DNA of 64,000 nucleotides from Desulfatiglandales bacterium (GTDB taxonomy: Bacteria; Desulfobacterota; DSM-4660; Desulfatiglandales; HGW-15): NCBI GenBank assembly GCA_963667015.2, contig CAXXJJ010000004.1, forward strand, positions 2,784,001 through 2,848,000. The letters are read 5' to 3'. Below the pieces are notes generated by a model. The model was given only the letters and a program-made list of their open reading frames with translations, did no database searches and was not told where the DNA came from. Below are positions 8,382 through 18,787 of the stretch, piece by piece. Each line of letters opens with the position of its first letter. The first letter of the stretch is position 1. A program made the position numbers and the translations under genes.

Positions 8382-9590
8382 ATGATATACGACTATATAA
8401 TCATAGGCGGCGGCATTGTAGGAATTTCCACTGCATGGCAGCTGCAGAAGTATTTTCCCGGCAAAAATATTTTACTGCTTGAAAAGGAATCGGATTATGC
8501 AAAGCATCAGACCGGTCATAACAGCGGGGTAATACATGCCGGAGTCTATTACCAGCCCGGCAGTCTGAAGGCAGAATTCTGTAAAGCCGGTGCGGCTGCC
8601 ACCAAAACCTTCTGCGACGCCCATAACATCCCCTATATAGAATGTGGTAAGCTTCTGGTTGCGACAGATGACCTTGAAATGGAACGCATGTATGCGTTGA
8701 TTGAACGCTGCAGACAAAACGGGATAGACATAGAGGTTCTGGATCAGAAAAAACTTAAGATTCAGGAACCTCATATCACAGGACTTGGCGCAATCCTTGT
8801 AAAGGCAACAGGCATTGTTAACTATCAACAGGTTGCAAAAAAGATGGCTGACCAATTTCTTGAAACAGGCGGCAATGCCCTTCTAAACCATAAAGTAACA
8901 GCACTCAGAGAATCAGCCTCGGATGTCTCAGTTGCCGCACTCCACAATGGAAAGAAGTTTTTATTCAGGTGCCGAAGACTGATCACATGCGCAGGTCTTC
9001 ATTCAGACCGTGTTACGAAAATGCTGAATATACCGACAGATTTTCAGATCATTCCTTTTCGGGGTGAGTACTATCAGCTCCCTGTAAAATACAGCAAAAT
9101 AATAAACCACCTTATCTACCCGATCCCGGATCCCAGGCTGCCTTTTTTAGGGGTTCATCTGACGCGAATGATTGACGGCTCCGTCACAATTGGGCCGAAC
9201 GCGGTGCCTGGATGGAAGCGGGAAGGCTACGGCAGGATCAATGTAGACATAAAAGATACGCTGGATATATTGACTTTCCCCGGGTTCTGGTATTTTTTAA
9301 GGTCACATCTAAAGACAGGTTTGAAGGAATTTAAAGATTCCCTGTGGACGCCCGGATATCTTAAACTTGTACAAAAGTACTGCAAAAAACTGAAATTGAG
9401 GGATTTAAGGCCATATCCTACAGGTATCCGCGCCCAGGCAGTATTAAGAGACGGGACCCTTGTGCATGACTTTCTCTTTGCAGAAAGTCCGCGAAGCCTT
9501 CATGTCTGTAACGCACCGTCTCCTGCCGCAACTTCCTCGATCCCTATTGGCGATTATATCTGCAGGAGAGTTATTGAGCTGGGTGATTGA
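8382..9590 (+). CDS. lhgO: L-2-hydroxyglutarate oxidase
   Basis: GGGIVG, HQTGHNSGVIHAG, PFLGVHLT, NAPSPAATS. Confidence 0.92.
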   Translation: MIYDYIIIGGGIVGISTAWQLQKYFPGKNILLLEKESDYAKHQTGHNSGVIHAGVYYQPGSLKAEFCKAGAAATKTFCDAHNIPYIECGKLLVATDDLEMERMYALIERCRQNGIDIEVLDQKKLKIQEPHITGLGAILVKATGIVNYQQVAKKMADQFLETGGNALLNHKVTALRESASDVSVAALHNGKKFLFRCRRLITCAGLHSDRVTKMLNIPTDFQIIPFRGEYYQLPVKYSKIINHLIYPIPDPRLPFLGVHLTRMIDGSVTIGPNAVPGWKREGYGRINVDIKDTLDILTFPGFWYFLRSHLKTGLKEFKDSLWTPGYLKLVQKYCKKLKLRDLRPYPTGIRAQAVLRDGTLVHDFLFAESPRSLHVCNAPSPAATSSIPIGDYICRRVIELGD

Positions 9591-9632
9591 TAAAGAAGAA
9601 ACAGCATATCCCTTTCACGATGGAGACTGAAT

Positions 9633-9992
9633 ATGGGATTAATTGATTATGTAATATTGGGAATTGTTTTTCTGGTTTTCGGGATTTTACTCTATATCCC
9701 CTGCCACTGGTGGTTAAGACGTAAAACCCGTAAACTTGATCCCGGCAGTGACTTTATGTTACGTATCACATCATCCGGCCTGGCATTGTGCACATTGATG
9801 GTGGTAGCCCTTATCCTTGGTTTCGCCCAGGAGTATCTATCTCCGGAATCAGAATTCGGCATATTTATCACTTCATGGTCGGGTAAATTTTATTACATTA
9901 TACTTGTATGGATATTGACTGTAATATTTGGGTTGGTCCTGGAAAAACTTGGATTTAAGATTTACAAACGCCCTGACAATGATGATGAGTAA
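9633..9992 (+). CDS. Hypothetical membrane protein
   Basis: Three hydrophobic segments; GGAG RBS. Confidence 0.7.
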   Translation: MGLIDYVILGIVFLVFGILLYIPCHWWLRRKTRKLDPGSDFMLRITSSGLALCTLMVVALILGFAQEYLSPESEFGIFITSWSGKFYYIILVWILTVIFGLVLEKLGFKIYKRPDNDDE

Positions 9993-10042
9993 CTGGATAT
10001 TGATCGTTAATAATAAAATCATTTAATCCCGAGGCACTAATT

Positions 10043-11176
10043 ATGAACAATGGAGCTGTTAACAGGTGGACACTGGCGGTTGTCGTAGCATTGATCACAA
10101 TACTGTTTCTAGCAATGATACGCCAGTTTATAATGCCGCTCATTCTTGCCGGTATCTTTTCGGCCCTGTCCTATCCCATATACAGTAAATTTGAAAAATG
10201 GTTTAAAGGACGACGCAGTCCTGCTTCTGCTGTTACAGTCATTATAATCCTTTGCGTTATCATTGTTCCGCTGTCCGGCCTTCTGACAATTGTAGCCGCT
10301 CAGGCGGTTAAGATTGGGACCATTGCAAAACCCTGGATAGAACAGCAGATTTCCGAACCGGGAACCATAACCGGCCTTCTTCAGCAGCATCTGCCCTTTT
10401 ATGAAACCATTGCAAAACCCTTTGAACAATACCATGACCAGATAATATCAAAGGCCGGGGAGCTGATCGGAAGCCTGAGCAGTTTTATTATAGACAAGTT
10501 TAAGGCGGCAACCATCGGGACTGCAAACATGATTATCAGTGTTTTTATCATGCTCTACTGTATGTTCTTTTTCCTCATAGAAGGAGATAAAATCCTTAAA
10601 AAGATTCTCTATTATCTGCCGCTTGAAGATCATGATGAACGCCGGCTGCTCGATAAATTTACATCCATTACCCGGGCCACACTGAAGGGGACACTGATCA
10701 TCGGCATCCTTCAGGGTGGACTGGCAGGACTGGCCTTTGCATTACTTGGCATTCACAGCGCCGTTTTCTGGGGCACTCTGATGGCGGTACTCTCCGTTAT
10801 CCCGAGTGTCGGGTCTGCAATAATCTGGTTCCCGACAGTCATCTACCTCCTTGTTGCCGGTCATATTGCAAAGGGGATTATCCTGTTTGTGTTCTGCGCC
10901 TTTGTAGTCGGCAGCATGGACAACCTGCTGCGACCCAAACTTGTTGGAAAAGATACCGAGATGCATGAGCTTATGATCCTTTTTGGAACCCTGGGCGGCA
11001 TTATCATGTTCGGCATGGTGGGCATGATAATAGGACCTGTTGTCGCCGGACTTTTCGTAACTGTATGGGAAATCTACGGCATGGAGTTCAGGGAAATTTT
11101 ACCGGAGGTCAAGATATTTTCTCAAAAGGAAAAAGTGGATTTATGTGAAGAAGATATTAAAGAGGATCAGGAATAA
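10043..11176 (+). CDS. AI-2E family transporter
   Basis: Multi-TM; DNLLRPKLVG, GG..FG..G.IIGP. Confidence 0.9.
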   Translation: MNNGAVNRWTLAVVVALITILFLAMIRQFIMPLILAGIFSALSYPIYSKFEKWFKGRRSPASAVTVIIILCVIIVPLSGLLTIVAAQAVKIGTIAKPWIEQQISEPGTITGLLQQHLPFYETIAKPFEQYHDQIISKAGELIGSLSSFIIDKFKAATIGTANMIISVFIMLYCMFFFLIEGDKILKKILYYLPLEDHDERRLLDKFTSITRATLKGTLIIGILQGGLAGLAFALLGIHSAVFWGTLMAVLSVIPSVGSAIIWFPTVIYLLVAGHIAKGIILFVFCAFVVGSMDNLLRPKLVGKDTEMHELMILFGTLGGIIMFGMVGMIIGPVVAGLFVTVWEIYGMEFREILPEVKIFSQKEKVDLCEEDIKEDQE

Positions 11177-12803
11177 TCCCAAAAACGTCTTTAATACTCT
11201 TTTCAAGCGCCTCTATATCTATCGGTTTCGTTATATACCGGCTTATACCCATTGCCATTGCCTTCTCTTCATTGATACGGTCACTGTAACCGGTACATAT
11301 AATAATCGGGGTATCGTTTTTTATTTTCTTTATTTCCTGTGCAAGCTTGTCTCCCGGCATACGAGGCATTCCTATATCAGAAATTACCAGATCAAAACGT
11401 TCCGGATTTGACTTAAAAAGCTCCAGGGCCTGGAGACTGTCGGCACTGGTTTCAACTTCATATCCCCAGTTCTGCAGGATCTTCTTCCATATCATTACCA
11501 GGGAATCCTCGTCATCCACAAAAAGGATTCTCTTTTTACCATCACTTGAGTCATCCGGGCTGCCTGATAATTCCTGGTTTAAATCCTTTCCCTCTAAAAC
11601 CGGGAACAGCACCTCGATGGTTGTCCCCTTCCCTTTGGCGCTTTTTATATTTATGGCGCCATCATGCTTCTTAACAATCCCGTGGGTTATTGAAAGACCC
11701 ATCCCTGTTCTTTCAGCCAGACTCCCGGTTGTAAAGTACGGGTCAAAGATACGTCCTATTATTTTCGGGTCAATACCGCACCCTGAATCCTTTACTGTCA
11801 ACCTTACAAATCTTCCGGGTCTCAAATCTTCATATCCGGCTGCTGCTTCCTGATCAAGGGTCACGGGATTAAGACTTACTTCAAGTAAACCTGTTTCATC
11901 GGCAATCGCCTGAATGGCATTATTGCAAAGATTAATAAGAACCTGGCTTATTTCCGTTGCATCACCAAGAATCATCTCGTCCTCACATTCAATGCTCCTC
12001 CGGATTTCGACCATGGCAGGGGTTGTGGAACGAATCAGCCCTAATGCTTCGCTGATGACCTCACAGATCTTTACAGGTGTTTTTTCAGTCAGAGATTTAC
12101 GTGCAAAGTTCAGTATGTTCCTTACTATATCCTTTGCCCTTATGGATGCCCTGTTGATTTCCTTCAAAAAATCCCTCGCAGGATTCGTATCCGCTACCTC
12201 ATCCATGGCCAGTTGAATATTTCCCATTATGATAGCCAGGATATTGTTAAACTCATGGGCCACACCGCCGGCCAGTGTCCCGATTGCCTCCATTTTTTCG
12301 ACACGTTGAAGACGGGTCTCAAGTCTGATTTTCTCTTCTTCTGCCCGTTTCCGCGCGGTAATATCCCTTACAACAGCAAGAATAAGAACCTCCCCGTTCT
12401 GCTCAATAATATTTGAGTTGATTTCAACCGGAAATTTCTCTCCTGACTTTTTTATATGAATAGTTTCAAAAACAACACGACGGTTATCTAAAAGTCTTTT
12501 CCTGGTATCTGTTTTACCATGCTGTTCTACATCCATGGGGACTGTTATGTCACCGGCGGTAAGTTTTAGTAACTCTTCCCGTGCATAGCCATACCTCTCA
12601 CAGGCAGTATCGTTTACCTCCATGAATGGAGCAAATCCTTCTTTCTGATATGGATGCACAAAGACCGCATCTTTAATAGAGTTGAAGAAGGCCCTGAATC
12701 GTTCCTCATGCCATGGAGAGGTATCTGATCCGGTATTTTCAGAATATGTCTTTTGATTATTTTCTTTTTGAGCAGTATCGTTCCAGGCCTGCTTTTTTGC
12801 CAT
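11157..12803 (-). CDS. PAS-domain hybrid histidine kinase/response regulator
   Basis: PAS, GGVAHEFNN H-box, HATPase, receiver ILFVDDE; start placed after GGAGG. Confidence 0.9.
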   Translation of the reverse strand: MAKKQAWNDTAQKENNQKTYSENTGSDTSPWHEERFRAFFNSIKDAVFVHPYQKEGFAPFMEVNDTACERYGYAREELLKLTAGDITVPMDVEQHGKTDTRKRLLDNRRVVFETIHIKKSGEKFPVEINSNIIEQNGEVLILAVVRDITARKRAEEEKIRLETRLQRVEKMEAIGTLAGGVAHEFNNILAIIMGNIQLAMDEVADTNPARDFLKEINRASIRAKDIVRNILNFARKSLTEKTPVKICEVISEALGLIRSTTPAMVEIRRSIECEDEMILGDATEISQVLINLCNNAIQAIADETGLLEVSLNPVTLDQEAAAGYEDLRPGRFVRLTVKDSGCGIDPKIIGRIFDPYFTTGSLAERTGMGLSITHGIVKKHDGAINIKSAKGKGTTIEVLFPVLEGKDLNQELSGSPDDSSDGKKRILFVDDEDSLVMIWKKILQNWGYEVETSADSLQALELFKSNPERFDLVISDIGMPRMPGDKLAQEIKKIKNDTPIIICTGYSDRINEEKAMAMGISRYITKPIDIEALEKSIKDVFGIIPDPL

Positions 12804-13050
12804 CAGCATATCCTCCGGAATATCCATCGGTAAAAACCGGATTGTTGCGTGAAAATAAAAGATCAATTATCAGAAGGGAGTTTATTGGGTTTCCCGATAT
12901 ATTTCAAGTTAATCTCTGTAATTTCAAATTAAAAATTGTATTTGCTTGGCAGTTTTTTACTCTTTCCATCTGTGACTATTTCTGCTATATAACGATTTTT
13001 GTATCGATTTTCGGAATAAAATATTTTTTTTGACCGCCTTTTTTCGATGC

Positions 13051-13144
13051 GGAGAGATGTCCGAGCTGGCCGAAGGAGCACGACTGGAAATCGTGTGTAC
13101 TGCCAAAAGTGGTACCGAGGGTTCGAATCCCTCTCTCTCCGCCA
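13051..13144 (+). tRNA. tRNA-Ser (GGA)
   Basis: Anticodon arm CACGA-CTGGAAA-TCGTG, long variable arm, GGTTCGAATCC, CCA. Confidence 0.97.
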
Positions 13145-13179
13145 TTTTTATTTATGCGATCACAAAAAGAGTAAGAAAC

Positions 13180-14802
13180 ATGGGATATGAAGTTTTTGCA
13201 AGAAAATGGCGACCTCAAATATTTCAGGATGTTCTGGGGCAGGAGCATGTAACCAGAACACTTATTAATGCCATTACTACCGACAGGCTTCACCATGCCT
13301 ACCTGTTCAGCGGCGCACGGGGTGTCGGCAAGACATCTATTGCCCGTATTCTTGCCAAGGCAATCAACTGTAAACACGGTGAAAACGGCAATCCATGCAA
13401 TAAGTGCGAATCATGCCTGGACATTTCCGCAGGGTCTGCCATGGATGTGCAGGAAATCGACGGCGCCTCAAACAGGGGTATAGATGAAATAAGGGAGCTG
13501 AGAGAAAACATCAAGCACATGCCCTCATCCGGTAAATACAGGGTGTATATTATTGATGAAGTTCACATGCTTACGCTCCAGGCATTCAATGCACTTTTAA
13601 AGACACTTGAAGAACCGCCGCCCCATGTTAAATTTATTTTTGCAACAACAGAACCTCACAAGGTGCCCATAACCATCCTGTCAAGGTGCCAGAGATTTGA
13701 TTTCAAGAGAATCCCTCAAAACACCATTGTCAGACAGCTTGAAAAGATTACCTCTGAGGAAAATATAGATATTACACGGCAGGGGCTAAGCCTGATTGCC
13801 AGGGAGGCTGACGGCGGAATGAGGGATGCCGTGAGTCTGCTGGATCAGGTAATATCTTTTTCAGGGTCCAGGATAAACAATGAAAACATCGCCGATATTC
13901 TTGGGATTATTGACAGCGAGTTGATATTCAAGGCGACAGAGGCAATCATAGATGGCAAATCGGATGAATGCATCGATATTGTAAACCAGATTTATCACTT
14001 CGGGTATGATATCAAGGAATTTTACAAGGCGCTTATGGATCATTTCAGGAATCTTATGATCTGCCTTGTTGCTCCCGATAAAGACCTTCTGGATATTGCC
14101 GAAGACGGCAAAAAAGAACTCCTGTCCCAGGCACAAAAGGCAGGGCTTGAAAAAATTCAGCAAAGCCTTAACATACTTATCACAAAGGAAGAGGCATTCA
14201 GGTTCACATCCCACGCAAGGCTTGTGCTTGAGACTATAATGATAAAGCTTTCAAGGCTCGGGAATATGCTTTCGGTCGGGGATCTTCTTGAAAAACTTGA
14301 ATCCCTTGAAAAACGCATGGGAAGCGGTGCTGTTAACATCCCGGATGTTACAGCAGATAAAAAAAAAACTGAAAACCTGATATCTGAACCGGAAACAGTA
14401 TGGGAACCTCCTCCGCCGGCTGCTGAAAAACCTGCACCCGGCCCCCCTTCTAAAAACAGGGGATGGGAAGGATTCCTGAAACATGTATCATCCGGTAACA
14501 AGGGCATGTACGCGGTCCTGAAGGACTGTAAACTCATTGAAGAGACAGATAAGGGGATAGAGATAGAACGGACTAATTCACCATTTTCGATCCGCTATCT
14601 CAATGACCCCGAAAACATGGAAAAGCTGAACAACTTCTGCAAAGAATATTATGAAAGGGATATCAGGGTCACAATAAAAGTGCCCGAGGAAACAGCAACC
14701 CGAAAGGAACCCGAACAGATTAAAAAACAGGAGATTCCTCAATCTGTCAGGGAAGTGCTTAGTGTGTTTAAAGGTGAATTAAAAGAAAATCCGACAGGAT
14801 AA
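13180..14802 (+). CDS. dnaX: DNA polymerase III subunit gamma/tau
   Basis: ARKWRPQ, GARGVGKT, Zn cysteines, IIDEVHML, SRCQRF; start reset downstream of the tRNA. Confidence 0.97.
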   Translation: MGYEVFARKWRPQIFQDVLGQEHVTRTLINAITTDRLHHAYLFSGARGVGKTSIARILAKAINCKHGENGNPCNKCESCLDISAGSAMDVQEIDGASNRGIDEIRELRENIKHMPSSGKYRVYIIDEVHMLTLQAFNALLKTLEEPPPHVKFIFATTEPHKVPITILSRCQRFDFKRIPQNTIVRQLEKITSEENIDITRQGLSLIAREADGGMRDAVSLLDQVISFSGSRINNENIADILGIIDSELIFKATEAIIDGKSDECIDIVNQIYHFGYDIKEFYKALMDHFRNLMICLVAPDKDLLDIAEDGKKELLSQAQKAGLEKIQQSLNILITKEEAFRFTSHARLVLETIMIKLSRLGNMLSVGDLLEKLESLEKRMGSGAVNIPDVTADKKKTENLISEPETVWEPPPPAAEKPAPGPPSKNRGWEGFLKHVSSGNKGMYAVLKDCKLIEETDKGIEIERTNSPFSIRYLNDPENMEKLNNFCKEYYERDIRVTIKVPEETATRKEPEQIKKQEIPQSVREVLSVFKGELKENPTG

Positions 14803-14830
14803 AAAAAGAATTTTATAGAAGGAGAATAAT

Positions 14831-15160
14831 ATGAAGGGAATGCCAAACATGGGAAACCTCATGAAGCAGGCGCAGCAGTTTCAGAATAAAATGGCCAAAC
14901 TTCAGCAGGAACTCGAAAAAAAGACCATTGAGGCCACATCCGGCGGAGGGATGGTAACGGTTGTTGTTAACGGACAGCAGGAGCTGATCTCAATAAAAAT
15001 TGATCCTGAAGTGGTTGATCCTGAAGATATCGATATGCTCCAGGACCTTGTGCTTGCAGCAGTCAATGACGGAATGGCACGCGCCAAAAAAATGGTAAAC
15101 GATGAAATGGGAAAACTGACCGGGGGTCTGAATCTCCCGAATATCCCGGGCTTGATGTAA
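14831..15160 (+). CDS. ybaB: YbaB/EbfC nucleoid-associated protein
   Basis: LMKQAQQ, SGGGMV, LQDLVLAAVND; between dnaX and recR. Confidence 0.95.
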   Translation: MKGMPNMGNLMKQAQQFQNKMAKLQQELEKKTIEATSGGGMVTVVVNGQQELISIKIDPEVVDPEDIDMLQDLVLAAVNDGMARAKKMVNDEMGKLTGGLNLPNIPGLM

Positions 15161-15184
15161 AGATCTGACAGGCAGCATTTTGAT

Positions 15185-15784
15185 ATGGATATATACCCTC
15201 CACCTCTTGAAAGGTTAATCAAACAGCTCTCAAGGCTTCCGGGAATCGGCCAAAAATCCGCTACAAGAATGGCGTTATACATACTGAACAGTAACAAGGA
15301 ACTGTCTGAAAGCCTTTCAAGAAGCCTTATCGAGGTCAAGGAACAGATCAGGTTCTGCTCTGTATGTTTCAATTTTACAGATACCGATCCATGTTCTGTC
15401 TGCAGCGACAGCCGCCGGTCAGGAAATGTAATATGTGTTGTAGAGGGGCCCGGCGATCAGCTTGCAATCGAAGAGACCGGCGTGTTCAAGGGCAGATACC
15501 ATGTCCTGCATGGTGTACTGTCTCCGCTGGACGGCATTGGTCCCGAAGACATTAAAATAGGTGAACTCCTGGCACGCTGCAATAATGAAGATATCGAAGA
15601 AGTTGTCCTTGCTATAAATCCGTCCACGCAGGGAGAGGCGACATCATCCTACCTGGCGGATCTTCTGTCACAGAAAAATATCAGGGTCACAAGAATTGCC
15701 CTGGGTATACCCGTGGGCGGGGATCTTAAATATATGGATTACATGACCCTCAGGCATTCATTCAACAGCCGCACCCGGATTTGA
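15185..15784 (+). CDS. recR: Recombination mediator RecR
   Basis: LPGIGQKSA, C4 zinc finger, YHVLHG, Toprim. Confidence 0.97.
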   Translation: MDIYPPPLERLIKQLSRLPGIGQKSATRMALYILNSNKELSESLSRSLIEVKEQIRFCSVCFNFTDTDPCSVCSDSRRSGNVICVVEGPGDQLAIEETGVFKGRYHVLHGVLSPLDGIGPEDIKIGELLARCNNEDIEEVVLAINPSTQGEATSSYLADLLSQKNIRVTRIALGIPVGGDLKYMDYMTLRHSFNSRTRI

Positions 15785-15786
15785 AA

Positions 15787-17163
15787 ATGATCCCGGAAGA
15801 AGCGCTGGCCGAGTTAAAAAGTATCCTTAGACCCGATTGTCTTTTAACAGGCCGGGCCGATCTGGAGGAATATTCAGGTGACAGTACAAAGCTGAAATAC
15901 ACGGCAGATGCGGTTGCCTTTCCATCCACAGATGAAGAGATATCCAGGATATTTCGGCTGGCAAACAGGATCTATTTTCCTGTCATTCCCAGGGGCGGGG
16001 GGAGCGGTAAATCAGGCGGCGCCCTGCCTGTAAAGGGCGGTCTTGTCCTGGCAATGGATAAATTTAACAGTATCCTTGAAATCGACAGAGAAAACCTGAT
16101 TGCCAGGGTAGAGCCTTTTGTAATAACCGAACACCTTCAAAATGAGGTTGAAAAACTCGGCCTGTTTTATCCCCCTGATCCGGCAAGTGCCGATGTCTCC
16201 ACACTGGGAGGAAATGTTGCCGAGTGTGCCGGAGGACTGAGAGGGTTAAAATATGGTGTAACAGGAGATTATGTTTTAGGTCTTACAGTCGTGCTTCCGA
16301 CAGGAGAGATAATAAAAACAGGTGTTGAAACCATGAAGGGTGTGGCAGGGTATGACCTTACCAGCCTCATTGTGGGTTCCGAGGGAACACTGGCAGTTAT
16401 AACATCAATTACACTTAAGCTGCTTCCCAAACCCGAGTCCAAAAGGACAATGATTGTTTTTTTTAAAGATATCAGGACAGCCGCTGAAAACGTTTCGAGT
16501 ATAATAAAAGGCAAGGTTATTCCAGCCACGCTCGAATTCCTGGATAGCCAGATCATTAATTTAATCCGACCCCGCCTTGATTTTAAGATACCTGAAAATA
16601 CAGAGGCCATCCTTCTGATCGAGGTTGACGGTGATGACCAGCTGGCAGCAAAGGATGCAGAAAAGGTAAAAGAAATCTGCATGAGTTCTGGAGCTATAGA
16701 GTTCCGTCTGGCAGCAGATGAAAATGAAGTTGAAAGAATCTGGGATGCGCGAAGACAGGTATCACCTTCCCTGCTTGAGCTTAAACCCGGCAAGATAAGC
16801 GAAGATATAGTCGTACCCAGAAACCGCATTCCTGACCTTGTAGATTTTCTGGAAGCACTCAGCGACATGCATGGGTTACCCATCCCTTCCTACGGGCACG
16901 CAGGGGACGGAAATATTCACGTGAATATTTTACTGGACAGCAGCAATCCGGATGAAAAGAGCAAAGGTGAGACAATCGTAAGGGAGCTGTTTAAAAAGGT
17001 CATTGAACTTGGCGGAACGATAACGGGCGAACATGGAATAGGCATAACAAAGGCCGAATTTCTTGAAATGGAAATATCCAGACCCGCGATCGATCTTATG
17101 AAGCGTATTAAAGAATCTTTTGACCCGAATAATGTTCTTAATCCGGGGAAAATATTTAAATAA
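15787..17163 (+). CDS. glcD: FAD-linked oxidase, GlcD/D-lactate dehydrogenase family
   Basis: PRGGG, YPPDPAS, GHAGDGNIH, GEHGIG, FDP..LNPGK. Confidence 0.85.
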   Translation: MIPEEALAELKSILRPDCLLTGRADLEEYSGDSTKLKYTADAVAFPSTDEEISRIFRLANRIYFPVIPRGGGSGKSGGALPVKGGLVLAMDKFNSILEIDRENLIARVEPFVITEHLQNEVEKLGLFYPPDPASADVSTLGGNVAECAGGLRGLKYGVTGDYVLGLTVVLPTGEIIKTGVETMKGVAGYDLTSLIVGSEGTLAVITSITLKLLPKPESKRTMIVFFKDIRTAAENVSSIIKGKVIPATLEFLDSQIINLIRPRLDFKIPENTEAILLIEVDGDDQLAAKDAEKVKEICMSSGAIEFRLAADENEVERIWDARRQVSPSLLELKPGKISEDIVVPRNRIPDLVDFLEALSDMHGLPIPSYGHAGDGNIHVNILLDSSNPDEKSKGETIVRELFKKVIELGGTITGEHGIGITKAEFLEMEISRPAIDLMKRIKESFDPNNVLNPGKIFK

Positions 17164-17211
17164 CAGCAAAACACTTTATAATAAAAAATATACCAGGGAT
17201 AAATATTCAAA

Positions 17212-18030
17212 ATGGACAGCATATCAGCCTTAATACTTGGAATCATTCAGGGACTTACCGAATTTCTACCAGTAAGCAGTTCCGGTCATCTTGTCATATT
17301 TCAGCAATTCCTTCCTGTTAATGAAGCCGAGGTACTTTTTGATGTAACTCTCCATGTAGGCACTCTCCTGGCTGTACTTATATTTTTCAGGACCGATCTC
17401 AGGAAAATGATAAATGAGTCCTATGCTTACCTGACCGGCCTTGCACAAAAAAAAGAAACCCTGTCATCAATAAAAGAAAGACCTCACGCCCTTCTTGCTT
17501 TCTGGGTAATTATTGGAACATTGCCAACAGTTTTTATCGGATTTGCCTTCAAGGATCAGCTTGAAAATTTATTCGGTGATCCTAAAAGAGCTGCATGGAT
17601 GCTGATAATCACAGGAATACTTCTGGTAATTTCAAAAATGCTGCCTGCCGGTTATACAAAAAGAAATAATGTGGGCCTTTTTACAGCACTTGCGGTAGGG
17701 CTGGTCCAGGGCCTGGCGATCACTCCCGGAATATCCAGGTCAGGCTCTACAATAGTATGTGCCATGGTCTGCGGCATGGACAGGGAACTTGCAGGCAGAT
17801 TTTCTTTTCTCCTGTCAATACCTGCGATTACAGGCGCTATGATACTTCAGCTTGCATCAAAGGATCTTGGGTCCATTGGATTTATACCACTGATTATCGG
17901 TTTTCTGTCTGCAGCCCTGATCGGTTTTTTTGCACTTAAATTTCTTATGATAGTTGTAAAAAAAGGAAATTTATTGTGGTTTGCCCCCTATTGCTGGGTG
18001 CTTGGCCTGTCAATAATCTTCTTTCTTTAG
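17212..18030 (+). CDS. uppP: Undecaprenyl-diphosphate phosphatase
   Basis: QGLTEFLPVSSSGH, PGISRSG. Confidence 0.95.
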   Translation: MDSISALILGIIQGLTEFLPVSSSGHLVIFQQFLPVNEAEVLFDVTLHVGTLLAVLIFFRTDLRKMINESYAYLTGLAQKKETLSSIKERPHALLAFWVIIGTLPTVFIGFAFKDQLENLFGDPKRAAWMLIITGILLVISKMLPAGYTKRNNVGLFTALAVGLVQGLAITPGISRSGSTIVCAMVCGMDRELAGRFSFLLSIPAITGAMILQLASKDLGSIGFIPLIIGFLSAALIGFFALKFLMIVVKKGNLLWFAPYCWVLGLSIIFFL

Positions 18031-18045
18031 CCCGGCCGGTTAAAC

Positions 18046-18192
18046 AGGAACAGCTAATTCCTGTTTAACCCTCGACAGGAAGCTCAGGTTCCTATGTCAA
18101 AACTGTTATAATATTAACCTGTTAACCTCTGATCGGACACTCCCGGAACCTCTATTTTTAGCTCATTTTTTCAACAGGAACTATCAGTTCCT
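18046..18192. promoter_or_regulatory. Three AGGAA-N7-TTCCT palindromes, putative enhancer-binding-protein sites
   Basis: Copies at 18046-18062, 18077-18093, 18176-18192 upstream of a sigma54 promoter. Confidence 0.65.
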
Positions 18193-18247
18193 GCCAAAAC
18201 TCGTCATAAATACTTATTTAACTTTAATTTCAACAAGTTATCACATC

Positions 18248-18262
18248 CGGCACGTTAATTGC
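18248..18262 (+). promoter_or_regulatory. Sigma54 (-24/-12) promoter
   Basis: CGGCACGTTAATTGC matches YGGCAC-N5-TTGC; IHF-like TTTCAACAAGTTA at 18228-18240. Confidence 0.8.
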
Positions 18263-18394
18263 TTTGCGTGGATAGATTCATTGAAAATATGCCCTGCGGA
18301 TCATGGAATCACATGAAGGCAGAAAGATAATATTAACCTGTTTATATCTTTTGATTGAGGCGCAGGAGTAATCCTGACCAAAGGAGTTACAACT

Positions 18395-18787
18395 ATGAAT
18401 GTAAGTACACTAAAAACAGTCGAAGCAGCAGAGCCTGCCCCATGGGGAATCCTTTCCAGTATTGATCTTTATGGATGCAACCCTGATACGATCAGGAATG
18501 CAGATCTTATTAAAAAATTTGTTGCGGAACTTTGTGATTTAATCGAAATGAAACGTTTTGGCGAGACGGTTGTTGTACATTTCGGCGAAGATGAAAAGGT
18601 CGCCGGTTTTTCAATGACCCAGCTCATTGAGACATCACTTATATCAGCACATTTCGCAAACCTTACCAATACAACCTATCTGGATGTCTTCAGCTGCAAG
18701 TATTATGATTCACAGGTAGTTGCTGACTTTGCAAAAGATTTCTTTGATGCGGATGAGGTCCGTCTCCAGGTCCTTAACAGACGATGA
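18395..18787 (+). CDS. S-adenosylmethionine decarboxylase-family pyruvoyl enzyme
   Basis: IDLYGC, LIETSLISAHF, YLDVFSC. Confidence 0.85.
   Translation: MNVSTLKTVEAAEPAPWGILSSIDLYGCNPDTIRNADLIKKFVAELCDLIEMKRFGETVVVHFGEDEKVAGFSMTQLIETSLISAHFANLTNTTYLDVFSCKYYDSQVVADFAKDFFDADEVRLQVLNRR

Noticed and set aside
13030..13179. Extended dnaX N-terminus in the ORF track
   Set aside because: Overlaps tRNA-Ser; homology starts at ATG 13180.
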